From: an uncultured Candidatus Rokubacteria bacterium
GTDB taxonomy: Bacteria; Methylomirabilota; Methylomirabilia; Rokubacteriales; DASRDR01
Direction: 5' to 3'
DNA: 64,000 nucleotides
Assembly: GCA_963805625.1 (NCBI GenBank)
Contig: CAWDVE010000017.1
Location: 736,001 to 800,000, forward strand
Shown here: in pieces, positions 55,345-64,000 of the stretch
Layout of the letters: each line of letters begins with the position of its first letter
Position numbering within the stretch: the stretch's first letter is position 1
Made by a program: the position numbers and the translations under genes
The notes under the pieces: generated by a model
What the model was told of the DNA's origin: nothing
Seen by the model: the letters and a program-made list of their open reading frames with translations, nothing else
Database searches by the model: none

Positions 55345-56082
55345 ATGGCGACGGCGGATGGCTGCGGCGAACAGGTCCCCGCGACTCCTACGGGGGGCGC
55401 CAAGCGGACTCCGGAGGCTTCGCCGAAGCTCGTGAGAGCGGCGCTGCGCCTCCTCGCCGTCTTCGGCACGCTCGGTGTCGCCCTGATGAGCCACGCCGAC
55501 GTCCGCTTCTTGGATGAGGCCGTGGCCGAGATCGACGGCGCCCTCGTGGCGGCGAGCGACGTCGCGATCGCGCGGGCGCTCGGGCTCTTCGAGCTCCATC
55601 CGGCGCCGCGCGCCCTCGAGGCGACGGATGTCGAGCGCTACGTGGATGGACGGCTTCTCGTCCGGGAGGCGACGCGGCTCGGCCTCGAGACGACGGCCGA
55701 CGAGCGGACCCAGGCGTGGGCGGCCGCCGCCGACCGGGCGGGTGGCCAGGCTCTCCTCGAGGGGTGGCTCCGGCTGGCCGACGTCGATCCCGCCTGGGCG
55801 CGGCGGCTGGTCGATGAGGATCTCATGAGACGTCGCTTCGTCGAGCTCCGCTTCCGCGACCTCGCCTTCGTCTCCGAGGCCGAGGTGACGGCGGCGATGG
55901 GGCCGGGCGCGCACGGCGAGGCGGCGCGAGAGGCGGTCCGCGCGCGGCTCGAGGGCGACGCCGCCCGCCGGCGACTCGGCGAATGGCTCGTCGAGACGAG
56001 GGCACGCAGCGTCATCCGGCGCTTCGTCGACGAGGGCGCGCGAGTGCCGGACCCCCTGGCCGGGGCCGGGGAGCACCGGTGA
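55345..56082 (+). CDS. SurA N-terminal-domain-like periplasmic chaperone
   Basis: LDEAVAEIDG..V..SDV, LLVREA.RLG, VSEAEV and terminal EWLVETRARSVIR; follows Omp85; no PPIase domain seen. Confidence 0.6.
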   Translation: MATADGCGEQVPATPTGGAKRTPEASPKLVRAALRLLAVFGTLGVALMSHADVRFLDEAVAEIDGALVAASDVAIARALGLFELHPAPRALEATDVERYVDGRLLVREATRLGLETTADERTQAWAAAADRAGGQALLEGWLRLADVDPAWARRLVDEDLMRRRFVELRFRDLAFVSEAEVTAAMGPGAHGEAAREAVRARLEGDAARRRLGEWLVETRARSVIRRFVDEGARVPDPLAGAGEHR

Positions 56083-56215
56083 CCCGACGCCTCGAAGCCG
56101 CCACGACGTCGAGCCGCCACGCGTCCGACCCGCGCGACCCGTGGGCGAGCTGATGATCGGCACAAATCAACGCGCCTCCTGAAGCACTCTCGATTACAGT
56201 GACCCCGGAGGCCCC

Positions 56216-57427
56216 ATGGCATCGCCCACGTCCCCGTTCGACGAAGCGCGGCGCTCGGGTCCGCCAGACTTCTCGCTGGTCCTGGGCGGCCCTCTCTACC
56301 AGCTTCTGCGTCGGGCGCACATGACCGGCGATGCGCTGGAGCTGATGCGCCGGCGTGTGGTCGTCATCTCACTGTTCGCCTGGGTGCCCCTGCTGGTGCT
56401 CTCGGCTCTCGATGGGCGGGCGTGGGGCGGGGGCGTGGCCGTGCCCTTCCTGCGGGACTGGGACACGCACGCGCGCTTTCTGGTGGCGCTGCCGCTGCTC
56501 GTCGTGGCGGAGCTGGTGGTTCACCAGCGGATGCGCCTCGTGGTGAAGCAATTTCTGGAGCGCAACTTGATTCCCCCGAGCGCCTTGGGCCGGTTCGAGG
56601 GCGCCATCGCCTCGGCGTTTCGCCTGCGCAACTCGGTGCTGGCCGAAGTGCTGCTGATCGCCTTCGTGTGCCTCGTCGGTGTCTCGGTCTTCTGGCGCCA
56701 GTACGTCGTGCTCACCACGGCCACGTGGTATGCGACCCCGACGGCCGCCGGCATGACGCTCTCGCGCACCGGGGTGTGGTATGCGTACGTGAGTCTGGCG
56801 CTCTTTCAGTTCCTGCTCATGCGCTGGTACTTCCGGATCCTCATCTGGGCGCGCTTTCTCTGGCACGTGTCACGCATCGAGCTGAGCCTGATTCCCACGC
56901 ATCCGGACCGCGTGGGCGGTCTGGGATTCCTTGCCAACACCGTCTACGCCTTCGTCCCGCTGGCGTTGGCCCACGGCGCGTTGCTGGCTGGGCTGATTGC
57001 CAACCGCATCTTCTACCTCGGCGCTCGACTGCTGGACTTCAAGATCGAAGTGGCGGTCGTCCTGGCGTTCATGCTGTGCCTGGTATTCGGCCCACTCGTG
57101 GTGTTCGCGATGCAGCTCGCTCAGGCGAAGCGAACGGGAAGCCGCGAGTATGGCACGCTCGCGGAGCGGTATGTCCGCGAGTTCGATGCCAAGTGGCTGC
57201 GCGGCGGAGCCCCCGCCGACGAGCGCCTGGTGGGGAGCGGCGACATCCAGTCCCTCGCCGATCTGGGGAACAGCGTCGAGGTCGTGCGGACGATGCGCGT
57301 GGTGCCGGTGACGAAGGAGGCGGTCCTCTATCTCGCCGCCGCGACGCTCGCGCCGGTCGTGCCGCTCGCGCTCACGATGATGTCGCTGGAAGACTTGGTG
57401 AAGACGCTGCTTGGTACGCTGTTCTAG
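56216..57427 (+). CDS. Hypothetical polytopic membrane protein
   Basis: GGAGG RBS, 7-8 hydrophobic segments, FSLVLGGPLYQL, HPDRVGGLGFL and DIQSLADL motifs. Confidence 0.8.
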   Translation: MASPTSPFDEARRSGPPDFSLVLGGPLYQLLRRAHMTGDALELMRRRVVVISLFAWVPLLVLSALDGRAWGGGVAVPFLRDWDTHARFLVALPLLVVAELVVHQRMRLVVKQFLERNLIPPSALGRFEGAIASAFRLRNSVLAEVLLIAFVCLVGVSVFWRQYVVLTTATWYATPTAAGMTLSRTGVWYAYVSLALFQFLLMRWYFRILIWARFLWHVSRIELSLIPTHPDRVGGLGFLANTVYAFVPLALAHGALLAGLIANRIFYLGARLLDFKIEVAVVLAFMLCLVFGPLVVFAMQLAQAKRTGSREYGTLAERYVREFDAKWLRGGAPADERLVGSGDIQSLADLGNSVEVVRTMRVVPVTKEAVLYLAAATLAPVVPLALTMMSLEDLVKTLLGTLF

Positions 57428-57669
57428 TCGTACCCCACTCACGACTCGTGGCCGTGGTTGGATGGGCTCTGGCGTCGGAGAGCACGTCCGGATCGCGTCG
57501 CGTGGCGGGCACTTACACGACGTCCCCGTCGTCTAGACCAGCGGGGTGTACCAGGCCCGCCGCGCCGGCGGCCTGAAAGCGTCGCTTGAGCCGCTGTACC
57601 TCGCGAATGCCCGGAACAACCCCGACCGCACCGTCATTCTCATGCGGCGACGGCACTACTGTAGCGCCC

Positions 57670-57698
57670 TTGACAGGCGGAAGCTGTTTCTTTATGGT
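57670..57698 (+). promoter_or_regulatory. Sigma70-type promoter for the repeat-protein gene
   Basis: TTGACA-N17-TATGGT, about 110 bp upstream of the ATG at 57809. Confidence 0.7.
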
Positions 57699-57808
57699 CT
57701 TTCTCGCTCGCGCGGCGAACGACCAAATTCCACCGGTGAGCGACGCCGGTCGCGATTCCCTCTGGTGGCACTGACTTCGGCACCAGGAGAATCAGGGGAA
57801 GGGAGACC

Positions 57809-58783
57809 ATGATGGCCGAGGAGCGCAAGCCCATCGCCGAGACGGTGACCCGGGAGATCGTCGGGGGTATAAGGGGGGTCGGAGACATCGCGAACGCGGT
57901 CGTCGACACCGTGAGCGGGAGCCTCGTCAGGCTGATCAAGGGGACGGGGGCGGTCGGCACGACGCTGACGTCGACCCTCGCGGACGTGGTGCGCGGCGCG
58001 ATTCAGGGGACCTCGCAGGTCGGTGGCGACGTCGGCACGGCGGCCAAGGGCGCCGCCGTGGGCGTCTTGCGGGGCACGAAGGAGGTCGGGGTCCAGACGC
58101 TGGACACGGTGAGCACGACCGCCCGCGAGGTGGTCAAGAGCGTATCGGCCGTGGGCGGCGATGTCGGCGTGGCCATCCGGGGGGCGGTGGACGGTATCAT
58201 CGAGAGCACCGCGCAGACGGGAGGCGACGTGGGCGCGGTGGCCAAGGCGACGGTCGTCGGTGTGCTACGCGGAACCAGGGAGGTCGGAGGTGAAACGATT
58301 TCCGCGGTCAGCTCCACCGCCAGTCAGATCGTGAAGAGCGTCGCGGCCGTGGGCGGCGATGTCGGCGTGGCCGTCCGGGGGGCGGTGGACGGTATCATCG
58401 AGACCACCGCGCAGACGGGAGGCGACGTGGGCGCGGTGGCCAAGGGGACAATCGTCGGTGTGCTGCGCGGAACCAAGGAGGTCGGAGGTGAAACGGTTGC
58501 CGCAGCCAGCTCCACCGCCAGTCAGATCGTGAAGAGCGTCGCGGCCGTGGGGGGGGACGTTGGCAGCGCGGCCAAAAACGCGGTCGAGGGTGCCATCCAG
58601 GGGGCCAAGGAGGTCGGGGTGAGCACTGAGGAAGCGGCGTCCGCGGCGGCCACGGGGGCCCTCAAGGCGGCTGGCGAGATCAGCCATGCCGCGGTCGACC
58701 AGGTCACTCGGGCGGCGACCGGGGTCATCTCCGGGGTCAAGGTCGTCGTGAAGGAGCCCTTCCAGAAGGGCGGGAGGTCGTAG
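57809..58783 (+). CDS. Ala/Gly/Val/Thr-rich protein built from 22-residue repeats
   Basis: AGGGAG RBS; units such as GGDVGAVAKATVVGVLRGTREV; no signal peptide. Confidence 0.85.
   Translation: MMAEERKPIAETVTREIVGGIRGVGDIANAVVDTVSGSLVRLIKGTGAVGTTLTSTLADVVRGAIQGTSQVGGDVGTAAKGAAVGVLRGTKEVGVQTLDTVSTTAREVVKSVSAVGGDVGVAIRGAVDGIIESTAQTGGDVGAVAKATVVGVLRGTREVGGETISAVSSTASQIVKSVAAVGGDVGVAVRGAVDGIIETTAQTGGDVGAVAKGTIVGVLRGTKEVGGETVAAASSTASQIVKSVAAVGGDVGSAAKNAVEGAIQGAKEVGVSTEEAASAAATGALKAAGEISHAAVDQVTRAATGVISGVKVVVKEPFQKGGRS
58133..58560 (+). repeat. 198-bp intragenic tandem duplication (~2.2 copies)
   Basis: GTSAAGAGCGT...AGTCAGATC units begin at 58133, 58331 and 58529, each encoding 66 aa. Confidence 0.9.
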
Positions 58784-59392
58784 CCCTCCCCGCGAAACAT
58801 CCCGGCAGAGCATCCGGGCCGCTCGCGCGATCGGGAGACGTGGGCGGCCCGGATCTTTTCGCGGCGCCGGGATGCCCTCAGGCTGGGACACGTCTCGGGC
58901 CGGCGTCGTCCTGCTGGCGGTTACGCGAATCCAGGCGTGGGCCGGGCTCACCCCGATGAACCGTTGGGACGAGCCGTCCCGGGGGCGCCTCGCTCATGGA
59001 CTCGGGCTTCCGGCCGCTGGTGGCAAGCACCGTCATCCTCGCGCACGCCACTCGCACGGTCGCCGAGTTCCGGCGGCGCTTCTGGGTTTCATTGGGTCGG
59101 TGCCGGTCAAGTGATTCGGGCCGTGGCTCCTGAGGGGAGCCACAGCCGCTTCAGGCGCGCGCGATGGTGAACCTCCGACTGGGATCTAGCTGGTGGACGT
59201 GCGGATCAAGCGCCTCAACTACGTGGAGAGCGTCCGGGAGAAGGTCTACGCCCGGATTTCGCTGGGAGTGACACGATTCGTCGGCGCCCGTGGCCCGGCG
59301 GCGGAGCTCTTCCGCGCCCACAGCGGGACTGAGCTCGAGGGTCCCCATCCCTTCGGCGGCGTTGCCAGTGATGCACCGAGCCGCGCGGGCGA

Positions 59393-59791
59393 TCAGCGCG
59401 CCGTCGTCGCCGATCTTTCGCGTTCGCGGCGCGCATAGTAGCGATACGCTCCCACGACAAAAGAGTTCGTCACTACGGCAATCGCATTCCAGACGACCAC
59501 GGGTCTCGACACGATGAGCAGGCCGTACCAGATCCACAGAATCTGGAAGGCGCCCATGATCGCGGCCATCTTCGGGTTCATGCCCGCGCTCGACCGCCGC
59601 CTCAGCATCGAGATCAGGTCCGGCAGTGCGGCAAAGGTCGTTCCAAATCCCGCGATCAAGCCGAGGATCTCTGACCGCGTGAACGTGGGGGCGAGCAGGC
59701 TCTGCGTGTCGGTGACCAGCAGTCCTTCGCAGCCAGACAGCATGATCGTGCACACGAGAGGAAGCAGTACTCGCCGGGTGGAGCTGATCAT
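59393..59791 (-). CDS. SemiSWEET / PQ-loop family transporter with an N-terminal lipoprotein-like extension
   Basis: AGGAGG RBS; LGLIAGFGTTFAALPD...S..GM...LWIWYGL....PVVVWN. Confidence 0.8.
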   Translation of the reverse strand: MISSTRRVLLPLVCTIMLSGCEGLLVTDTQSLLAPTFTRSEILGLIAGFGTTFAALPDLISMLRRRSSAGMNPKMAAIMGAFQILWIWYGLLIVSRPVVVWNAIAVVTNSFVVGAYRYYARRERERSATTAR

Positions 59792-60025
59792 GGTGACCTC
59801 CTGCTTGAGGAACAATCTGGGATGTCGTCTTGCGCGGGCGGATGGGCGAGCCGGGCGGTGCCACGGTCGCCGTCCTGCGGTGTCCGGCGCTCTGCCATTG
59901 GTGATGGCGGCTGGGTCTCCCGCGCGACTGGTTGCGGGGACCTGCAACAGCATGGTAAGGGCAGCATGGTAGTTGTGGTGGCCCAGGAGCACAAGCCGGA
60001 CCGGAACCGGTCCGGCACCGGTTGT

Positions 60026-60688
60026 CTACGAATGATGCGTATCCACCCCCACGGGCCTTACCGCCCGGGTCCGAAAATCGTAGCGGTACGCGATAAGTCT
60101 CGCGGTGAAGGCAACGAGAACGACGAGGGTCCCGGCGACGGCAGGGGGCACGCGCAAGAGACGGCTCAGGAGACAGAAGAGCACACTGCCCCCGAACGCA
60201 ATCCCCGCGTACCACTGCCCCGGCTTCAGCAGGCTCGCCTCCTCCCGGGTGAGAATATCGCGGATTAGCCCGCCGCCGATCGCGTTGAGCGTGCCGATGA
60301 GGATAGCGGCGGAGATCCCCAGCCCGTCATTCATTGATGTCTGCGTGCCGATCACCGAATACATCGCAAGTCCGAGCGCATCGGCCACGACAAAAATCCA
60401 ACGCATTCGCGAAACGAGCGGGAAAAGGTAGATGCTCAGGAGCACGGCGGCGAGAACCGCCCAGAGGTATGTCCCCTGCTCGAGGAAGACGGGGCGAACG
60501 TTCAAGAGGATATCGCGTATGAGCCCGCCGCCGCATCCGGTGACGAGAGCGATCGACATGGCGCCGATCCAATCGTAGCCGCGCCTCGCGGCGCTCAGCG
60601 CACCCGTAATGGCAAAAAGGACGATGGCGATGAACTCAAGGATCGGCGGTATGTGAAATTCAGCGGCGTATCTGAAGGCGGGATCCAT
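60026..60688 (-). CDS. TRIC / UPF0126 family membrane protein
   Basis: FAITGAL, GGGLIRD twice and DALGLA; visibly lower GC than the flanks. Confidence 0.9.
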   Translation of the reverse strand: MDPAFRYAAEFHIPPILEFIAIVLFAITGALSAARRGYDWIGAMSIALVTGCGGGLIRDILLNVRPVFLEQGTYLWAVLAAVLLSIYLFPLVSRMRWIFVVADALGLAMYSVIGTQTSMNDGLGISAAILIGTLNAIGGGLIRDILTREEASLLKPGQWYAGIAFGGSVLFCLLSRLLRVPPAVAGTLVVLVAFTARLIAYRYDFRTRAVRPVGVDTHHS

Positions 60689-60870
60689 GCTCCTATCCTA
60701 CCCGAGGCGTCGTCCGTTGCTACAGGAGCGCTCCCATAAGGATCTCGATTACCTTCGTGCGCCGGCCCTAGTACGAGCTAAGCTCCCCGCATGCGAGGGC
60801 ACCTGCGGCCGCACTGTTTCTCTTGATCGTCTCGCAAGCGCCATGGCGCTCGCGGAGAGCCCTGCTTCGG

Positions 60871-61022
60871 GAGAGGAAACTGAGGGAGGCCCGGGTCAGG
60901 GTCGAGTTCCACCGCTTCGCGGCGAACCACGCCTTCGCGAACGAGACGCGGGTCGGCGGGAACGTCCTGCCGTTCGGGGAGTGCAGTGCCACCGCGGTGG
61001 AGACCCGCGTGGCGGCGCACGT
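60871..61022 (+). pseudogene. C-terminal remnant of a dienelactone hydrolase
   Basis: ERKLREARVRVEFHRFAANHAFANET followed, after a frameshift, by AWRRT. Confidence 0.5.
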
Positions 61023-61375
61023 CGCGCCAGCGCGTCACACGGCGTGATGGCCGCGAAGGAGAGCACCGCGGTTCAAACAACGTTCAGGGGAACAAGATGC
61101 CCGAGCTGGGCCCGTTCGGGGCCTCCTGCCGCAGACCCAACGAGGTTGTCCATGTCACCACGTGGACCTGGTCAGCTACTCACCGCGCTCCGCTATCCGG
61201 GCGGTTCGGCCGTTCCGGCCCGGGCTCGTCGCCCCGCCCAGTGGGCTGGGGCCCCTGGCTAAACACTCGCCCTCCGGCGTCGTCCGCGCTATCTTCAGGC
61301 CGCGGGGGGACACGAAGCGGTGCCGAACGAGCCTACGCGGCATAACGTCGGGACGGACGTCCGAAAGGAAAACGC

Positions 61376-62389
61376 ATGAAGCCTCAGCCGACCGCACGCG
61401 AGCGGCTGCGCTATTCGCCGAGAGTTCCGAGTGTGGGTGGCGCAATCCTGGCGCTCATGCTGAGCACGGGCCAAGCGTGGGCCCAGACGCTGCCCCCGGG
61501 CGCCCTCGAGCAGCTCGACCACCTGGTCGGGAGCCGGGTCGAGACCTTCGCGGTGCTCGACACGCAAAGCGGGGCCAGCGGCGGCACGTACGCGTCCAAG
61601 GTCAACGACACCAACCTCTCGATCACGCGGGTCACGGGACGCGGGGACGTGGCCGCCAAGCGGCCGCTCGGGAACACCGGAATCCTGTGGAGTCCCCTCC
61701 TGGAAGGAGGCATCGGATACGGGACGTTCGAGAACCACTTCGACGGCGGCGCGCTGGACGGGAACCAGAGCACCGTCACCAGCCTCTCCGCGTTTCTCGG
61801 TGGCGGCGTCCGCTTCACGGTCTGGGAGGATTGGAGCCTGACGCCGACCTTCGGCGTCATCTACGCACACACGGAGAATGACTTCGAGGCCCGCAACGAG
61901 GTCGGGCAGGCGGTGCTGCGACGCGCCGGGAGCCAGGCCAACGACCTGATCAACTGGAGCGCCGACACGTTCACCCTCGTGCCGGGGATCGAGGGGCGCT
62001 ATCGCCACCTGTTCGGCCCGGTGCAGCTGACGGTGACGTCGCGGTTCAAGTACTTCCACACGCAGCCGATCGAGCGATCCACGACGGCGCTGAGCTTCGA
62101 GAGCACCTCCGAGTGGTGGCTGAACGAGGTGGACCTGGAGTGGCGGATGCCGCTCTACCTGTGGGGTCGGCAGCTCCGGACGGGCGCGTACGTCAGCCGC
62201 TCCGAGCTCTTCGGGGGGGTCGAGGAGACACTCAAGACCAACTACCTGTACCAGGCCGGGGGCCGCTTCGTGATGGACATCCAGGGACTCCTGTGGCACG
62301 TGGAGTACGTGGGCGTGGGGGCCGGGTACTTCTGGTCGGACAAGTTCTCGGGCTGGTCGGTCGGGGTCGAGATCAGCTTCGCGTTCTGA
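61376..62389 (+). CDS. Solitary outer-membrane autotransporter-like beta-barrel protein
   Basis: Signal peptide, alternating beta strands, terminal GWSVGVEISFAF, and no passenger domain. Confidence 0.7.
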   Translation: MKPQPTARERLRYSPRVPSVGGAILALMLSTGQAWAQTLPPGALEQLDHLVGSRVETFAVLDTQSGASGGTYASKVNDTNLSITRVTGRGDVAAKRPLGNTGILWSPLLEGGIGYGTFENHFDGGALDGNQSTVTSLSAFLGGGVRFTVWEDWSLTPTFGVIYAHTENDFEARNEVGQAVLRRAGSQANDLINWSADTFTLVPGIEGRYRHLFGPVQLTVTSRFKYFHTQPIERSTTALSFESTSEWWLNEVDLEWRMPLYLWGRQLRTGAYVSRSELFGGVEETLKTNYLYQAGGRFVMDIQGLLWHVEYVGVGAGYFWSDKFSGWSVGVEISFAF

Positions 62390-62617
62390 AGGCGGCGACG
62401 CCCGCCGATTCGTTCATGGCCGGCCATTTCGGGCCCCGGCGGCGGATTCGGCAGCTCGGCGTGGTGCGGACTGCACCCGGACTGAACGGAGGCAAGCGTG
62501 GCCAAGGTGTCTAGGCAGAGCGGAACTGCATGCGCTGTTCCGTAACAGCCATGGGCGGCCGAGAGGCACCGGGCGCGCTCGACGTTCACGCCGAGCCATG
62601 CACTCAGTCGTAGTGGC

Positions 62618-63766
62618 GTGGCTGTGACGAAGCGTCCGCAACGTGGCTGGCAACTGGTGGTCGAGTGCCCTGTCCCCGACCTCGTGCGGGTGCGTCTATC
62701 CGGGACATGGCGCCTCGAGGATCATCTGCCCGACGTCGCCGAGGTCCAGGGGGCACTTGCCGGCAACCCCTCCGTCAGGCGACTGACGCTCGAGGCGACC
62801 CAGGTGACGGCATGGGACACGGGCCTGGTCGCTTTCGTGCTCAAGACGATGCGGCTTTGCGAGAGCAAGGCGATTGCTTTGGATCGACAGGCTCTGCCGG
62901 CGGGCGTCGATCGCCTCATCGGTCTCGCCACGGCCGTGCCCGAGAAGAAGATGGAGCCGCCGCCGGCAGCCGGTTCGTGGCTGGCCCGTATCGGCCTCGC
63001 CAGCATCGCCGTCTGGGACTCGGTCCGAGGCTTCACGAGATTCGTGGGCGAAGCGACCCTGGCCGGGGGGCGGCTCCTGCGCGGCAGAGCGAACTTTCGT
63101 TGGGCGGACCTGTCCGAGGTGACCGAGGCCTGCGGCCCCCGGGCGCTGCCCATCGTGACGCTGATCAGCTTCCTGGTCGGCCTCATCCTCGCGTTCATGG
63201 GTGCCGTCCAGCTTCACAGCTTCGGAGCTTCGGTGTACGTGGCCGATCTCGTCGCGATCGCGGCCACCCGCGAGATGGGCTGCCTCATGACCGGCATCAT
63301 CATGGCCGGCCGTACGGGAGCCGCCTTTGCGGCCCAGCTCGGCACCATGCGCGTCAACGACGAAATCGACGCGCTCGCGACCATGGGGATCTCGCCCATG
63401 GAGTTCCTCGTGCTCCCACGCATGTTGGCGCTGGTTCTCATGATGCCGCTGCTCACCGTGTACTCGGATCTCCTCGCCATTCTCGGCGGCGCGTTCGTCG
63501 GCGTGAGCATGCTGGGGCTCGGCATCGTCGAATACTTCGACCGAACCGCGCAGGCTCTGACCCTGACCAACTTCTTCATCGGCGTCTTCAAGGGATCGGT
63601 CTTCGGGATCCTTGTGGCGCTCTCTGGCTGTCTACGGGGTATGCAGAGCGGGCGCAGCGCGGCGGCTGTCGGACTGGCCGCCACGTCGGCGGTCGTGACC
63701 GCCATCGTCCTGATCGTGGTGGCCGAGGGAATCTTCGCAGTGGTGCTGAATGCCCTCAAGCTCTGA
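62618..63766 (+). CDS. mlaE: MlaE family lipid ABC permease with an N-terminal STAS domain
   Basis: WDTGLV STAS segment; REMG, AGRTGAAFAAQLGTMRVNDEIDAL and VGLAATSAVV. Confidence 0.92.
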   Translation: MAVTKRPQRGWQLVVECPVPDLVRVRLSGTWRLEDHLPDVAEVQGALAGNPSVRRLTLEATQVTAWDTGLVAFVLKTMRLCESKAIALDRQALPAGVDRLIGLATAVPEKKMEPPPAAGSWLARIGLASIAVWDSVRGFTRFVGEATLAGGRLLRGRANFRWADLSEVTEACGPRALPIVTLISFLVGLILAFMGAVQLHSFGASVYVADLVAIAATREMGCLMTGIIMAGRTGAAFAAQLGTMRVNDEIDALATMGISPMEFLVLPRMLALVLMMPLLTVYSDLLAILGGAFVGVSMLGLGIVEYFDRTAQALTLTNFFIGVFKGSVFGILVALSGCLRGMQSGRSAAAVGLAATSAVVTAIVLIVVAEGIFAVVLNALKL

Positions 63767-63776
63767 GTCGCAGCCC

Positions 63777-64000
63777 GTGGCGCCGGCCGTCGTCGTCACG
63801 GATCTCGACGTCGGCTACGGTAGCTTCGTCGTCCAGAAGAACCTGGGCTTCGAGGTGGGGCGCGGGAAGATCTTCGTCATCATGGGCGGCAGCGGCTGCG
63901 GGAAGAGCACGGTACTGCGGGTCATGATCGGTCTCCTGCCACCCCTGCGCGGCGACGTGGTCTTCGGGGGGCGGAATCTGTGGAGGTCGGACGATGACGA
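63777..64000 (+). CDS. mlaF: MlaF-like ABC ATP-binding protein (partial, runs off the window edge)
   Basis: GTG at 63777; reads ...IFVIMGGSGCGKST (Walker A) directly after mlaE. Confidence 0.85.
   Translation, partial: MAPAVVVTDLDVGYGSFVVQKNLGFEVGRGKIFVIMGGSGCGKSTVLRVMIGLLPPLRGDVVFGGRNLWRSDDD

Noticed and set aside
57430-57660. Protein-like fragments in intergenic DNA (also ~11190-11340, ~45250-45430 and ~59190-59390)
   Set aside because: Possibly decayed genes, but I cannot assign a family or boundaries without a tBLASTn/BLASTX search.
57766-57781. TGGCACTGACTTCGGC as a sigma54 promoter
   Set aside because: The GG-to-GC spacing is 11 rather than 10, and a good sigma70 promoter lies upstream.
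61350-61395. Resemblance to a c-di-GMP-I riboswitch (TCCGAAAGGA...ACGCATGAAGCCTC)
   Set aside because: The GGCAAA element and second stem are missing. The AAAGGA is better explained as the RBS for ATG 61376.

Overview
This 64-kb window is very GC-rich DNA from a diderm bacterium. Gene content and style are compatible with Rokubacteria/Methylomirabilota, but that is an inference. I found no rRNA, tRNA, CRISPR array, integrase or transposase. (1) 1-15.9 kb is catabolic: the end of a sugar-type ABC transporter plus an acetamidase/formamidase, a VapBC toxin-antitoxin pair, a LacI-headed operon (M19 dipeptidase, peptide-type ABC, SDR), and a YceI / IorAB-like Tat molybdoenzyme / SRPBCC / VOC cluster. 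(2) 15.9-39.7 kb is a ~21-kb minus-strand run headed by two correctly spaced sigma54 promoters and a divergent two-GAF sigma54 activator. It encodes a STAS protein, an OprD porin, a long Orn/Lys/Arg-type PLP decarboxylase, two AspT antiporters, AspD, SYLF and DUF4136 proteins, GH63, GH13 and several unknown lipoproteins. This is the best candidate for an undescribed system. (3) 39.7-47.7 kb is a mosaic regulatory region: a wHTH-AAA-TPR (STAND-like) regulator with a small partner gene, three copies of a promoter-like motif with 11-bp periodicity, and a truncated paralog of the sigma54 activator. (4) 47.8-64 kb holds envelope genes: TamB, Omp85, a SurA-N-like protein, a 22-residue-repeat protein, a lipobox-bearing SemiSWEET, a TRIC/UPF0126 protein, a solitary beta-barrel, and MlaE-MlaF. 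At least six genes carry 1-2 nt indels that look like consensus errors. All family assignments come from motif recognition by eye; no database search was run.
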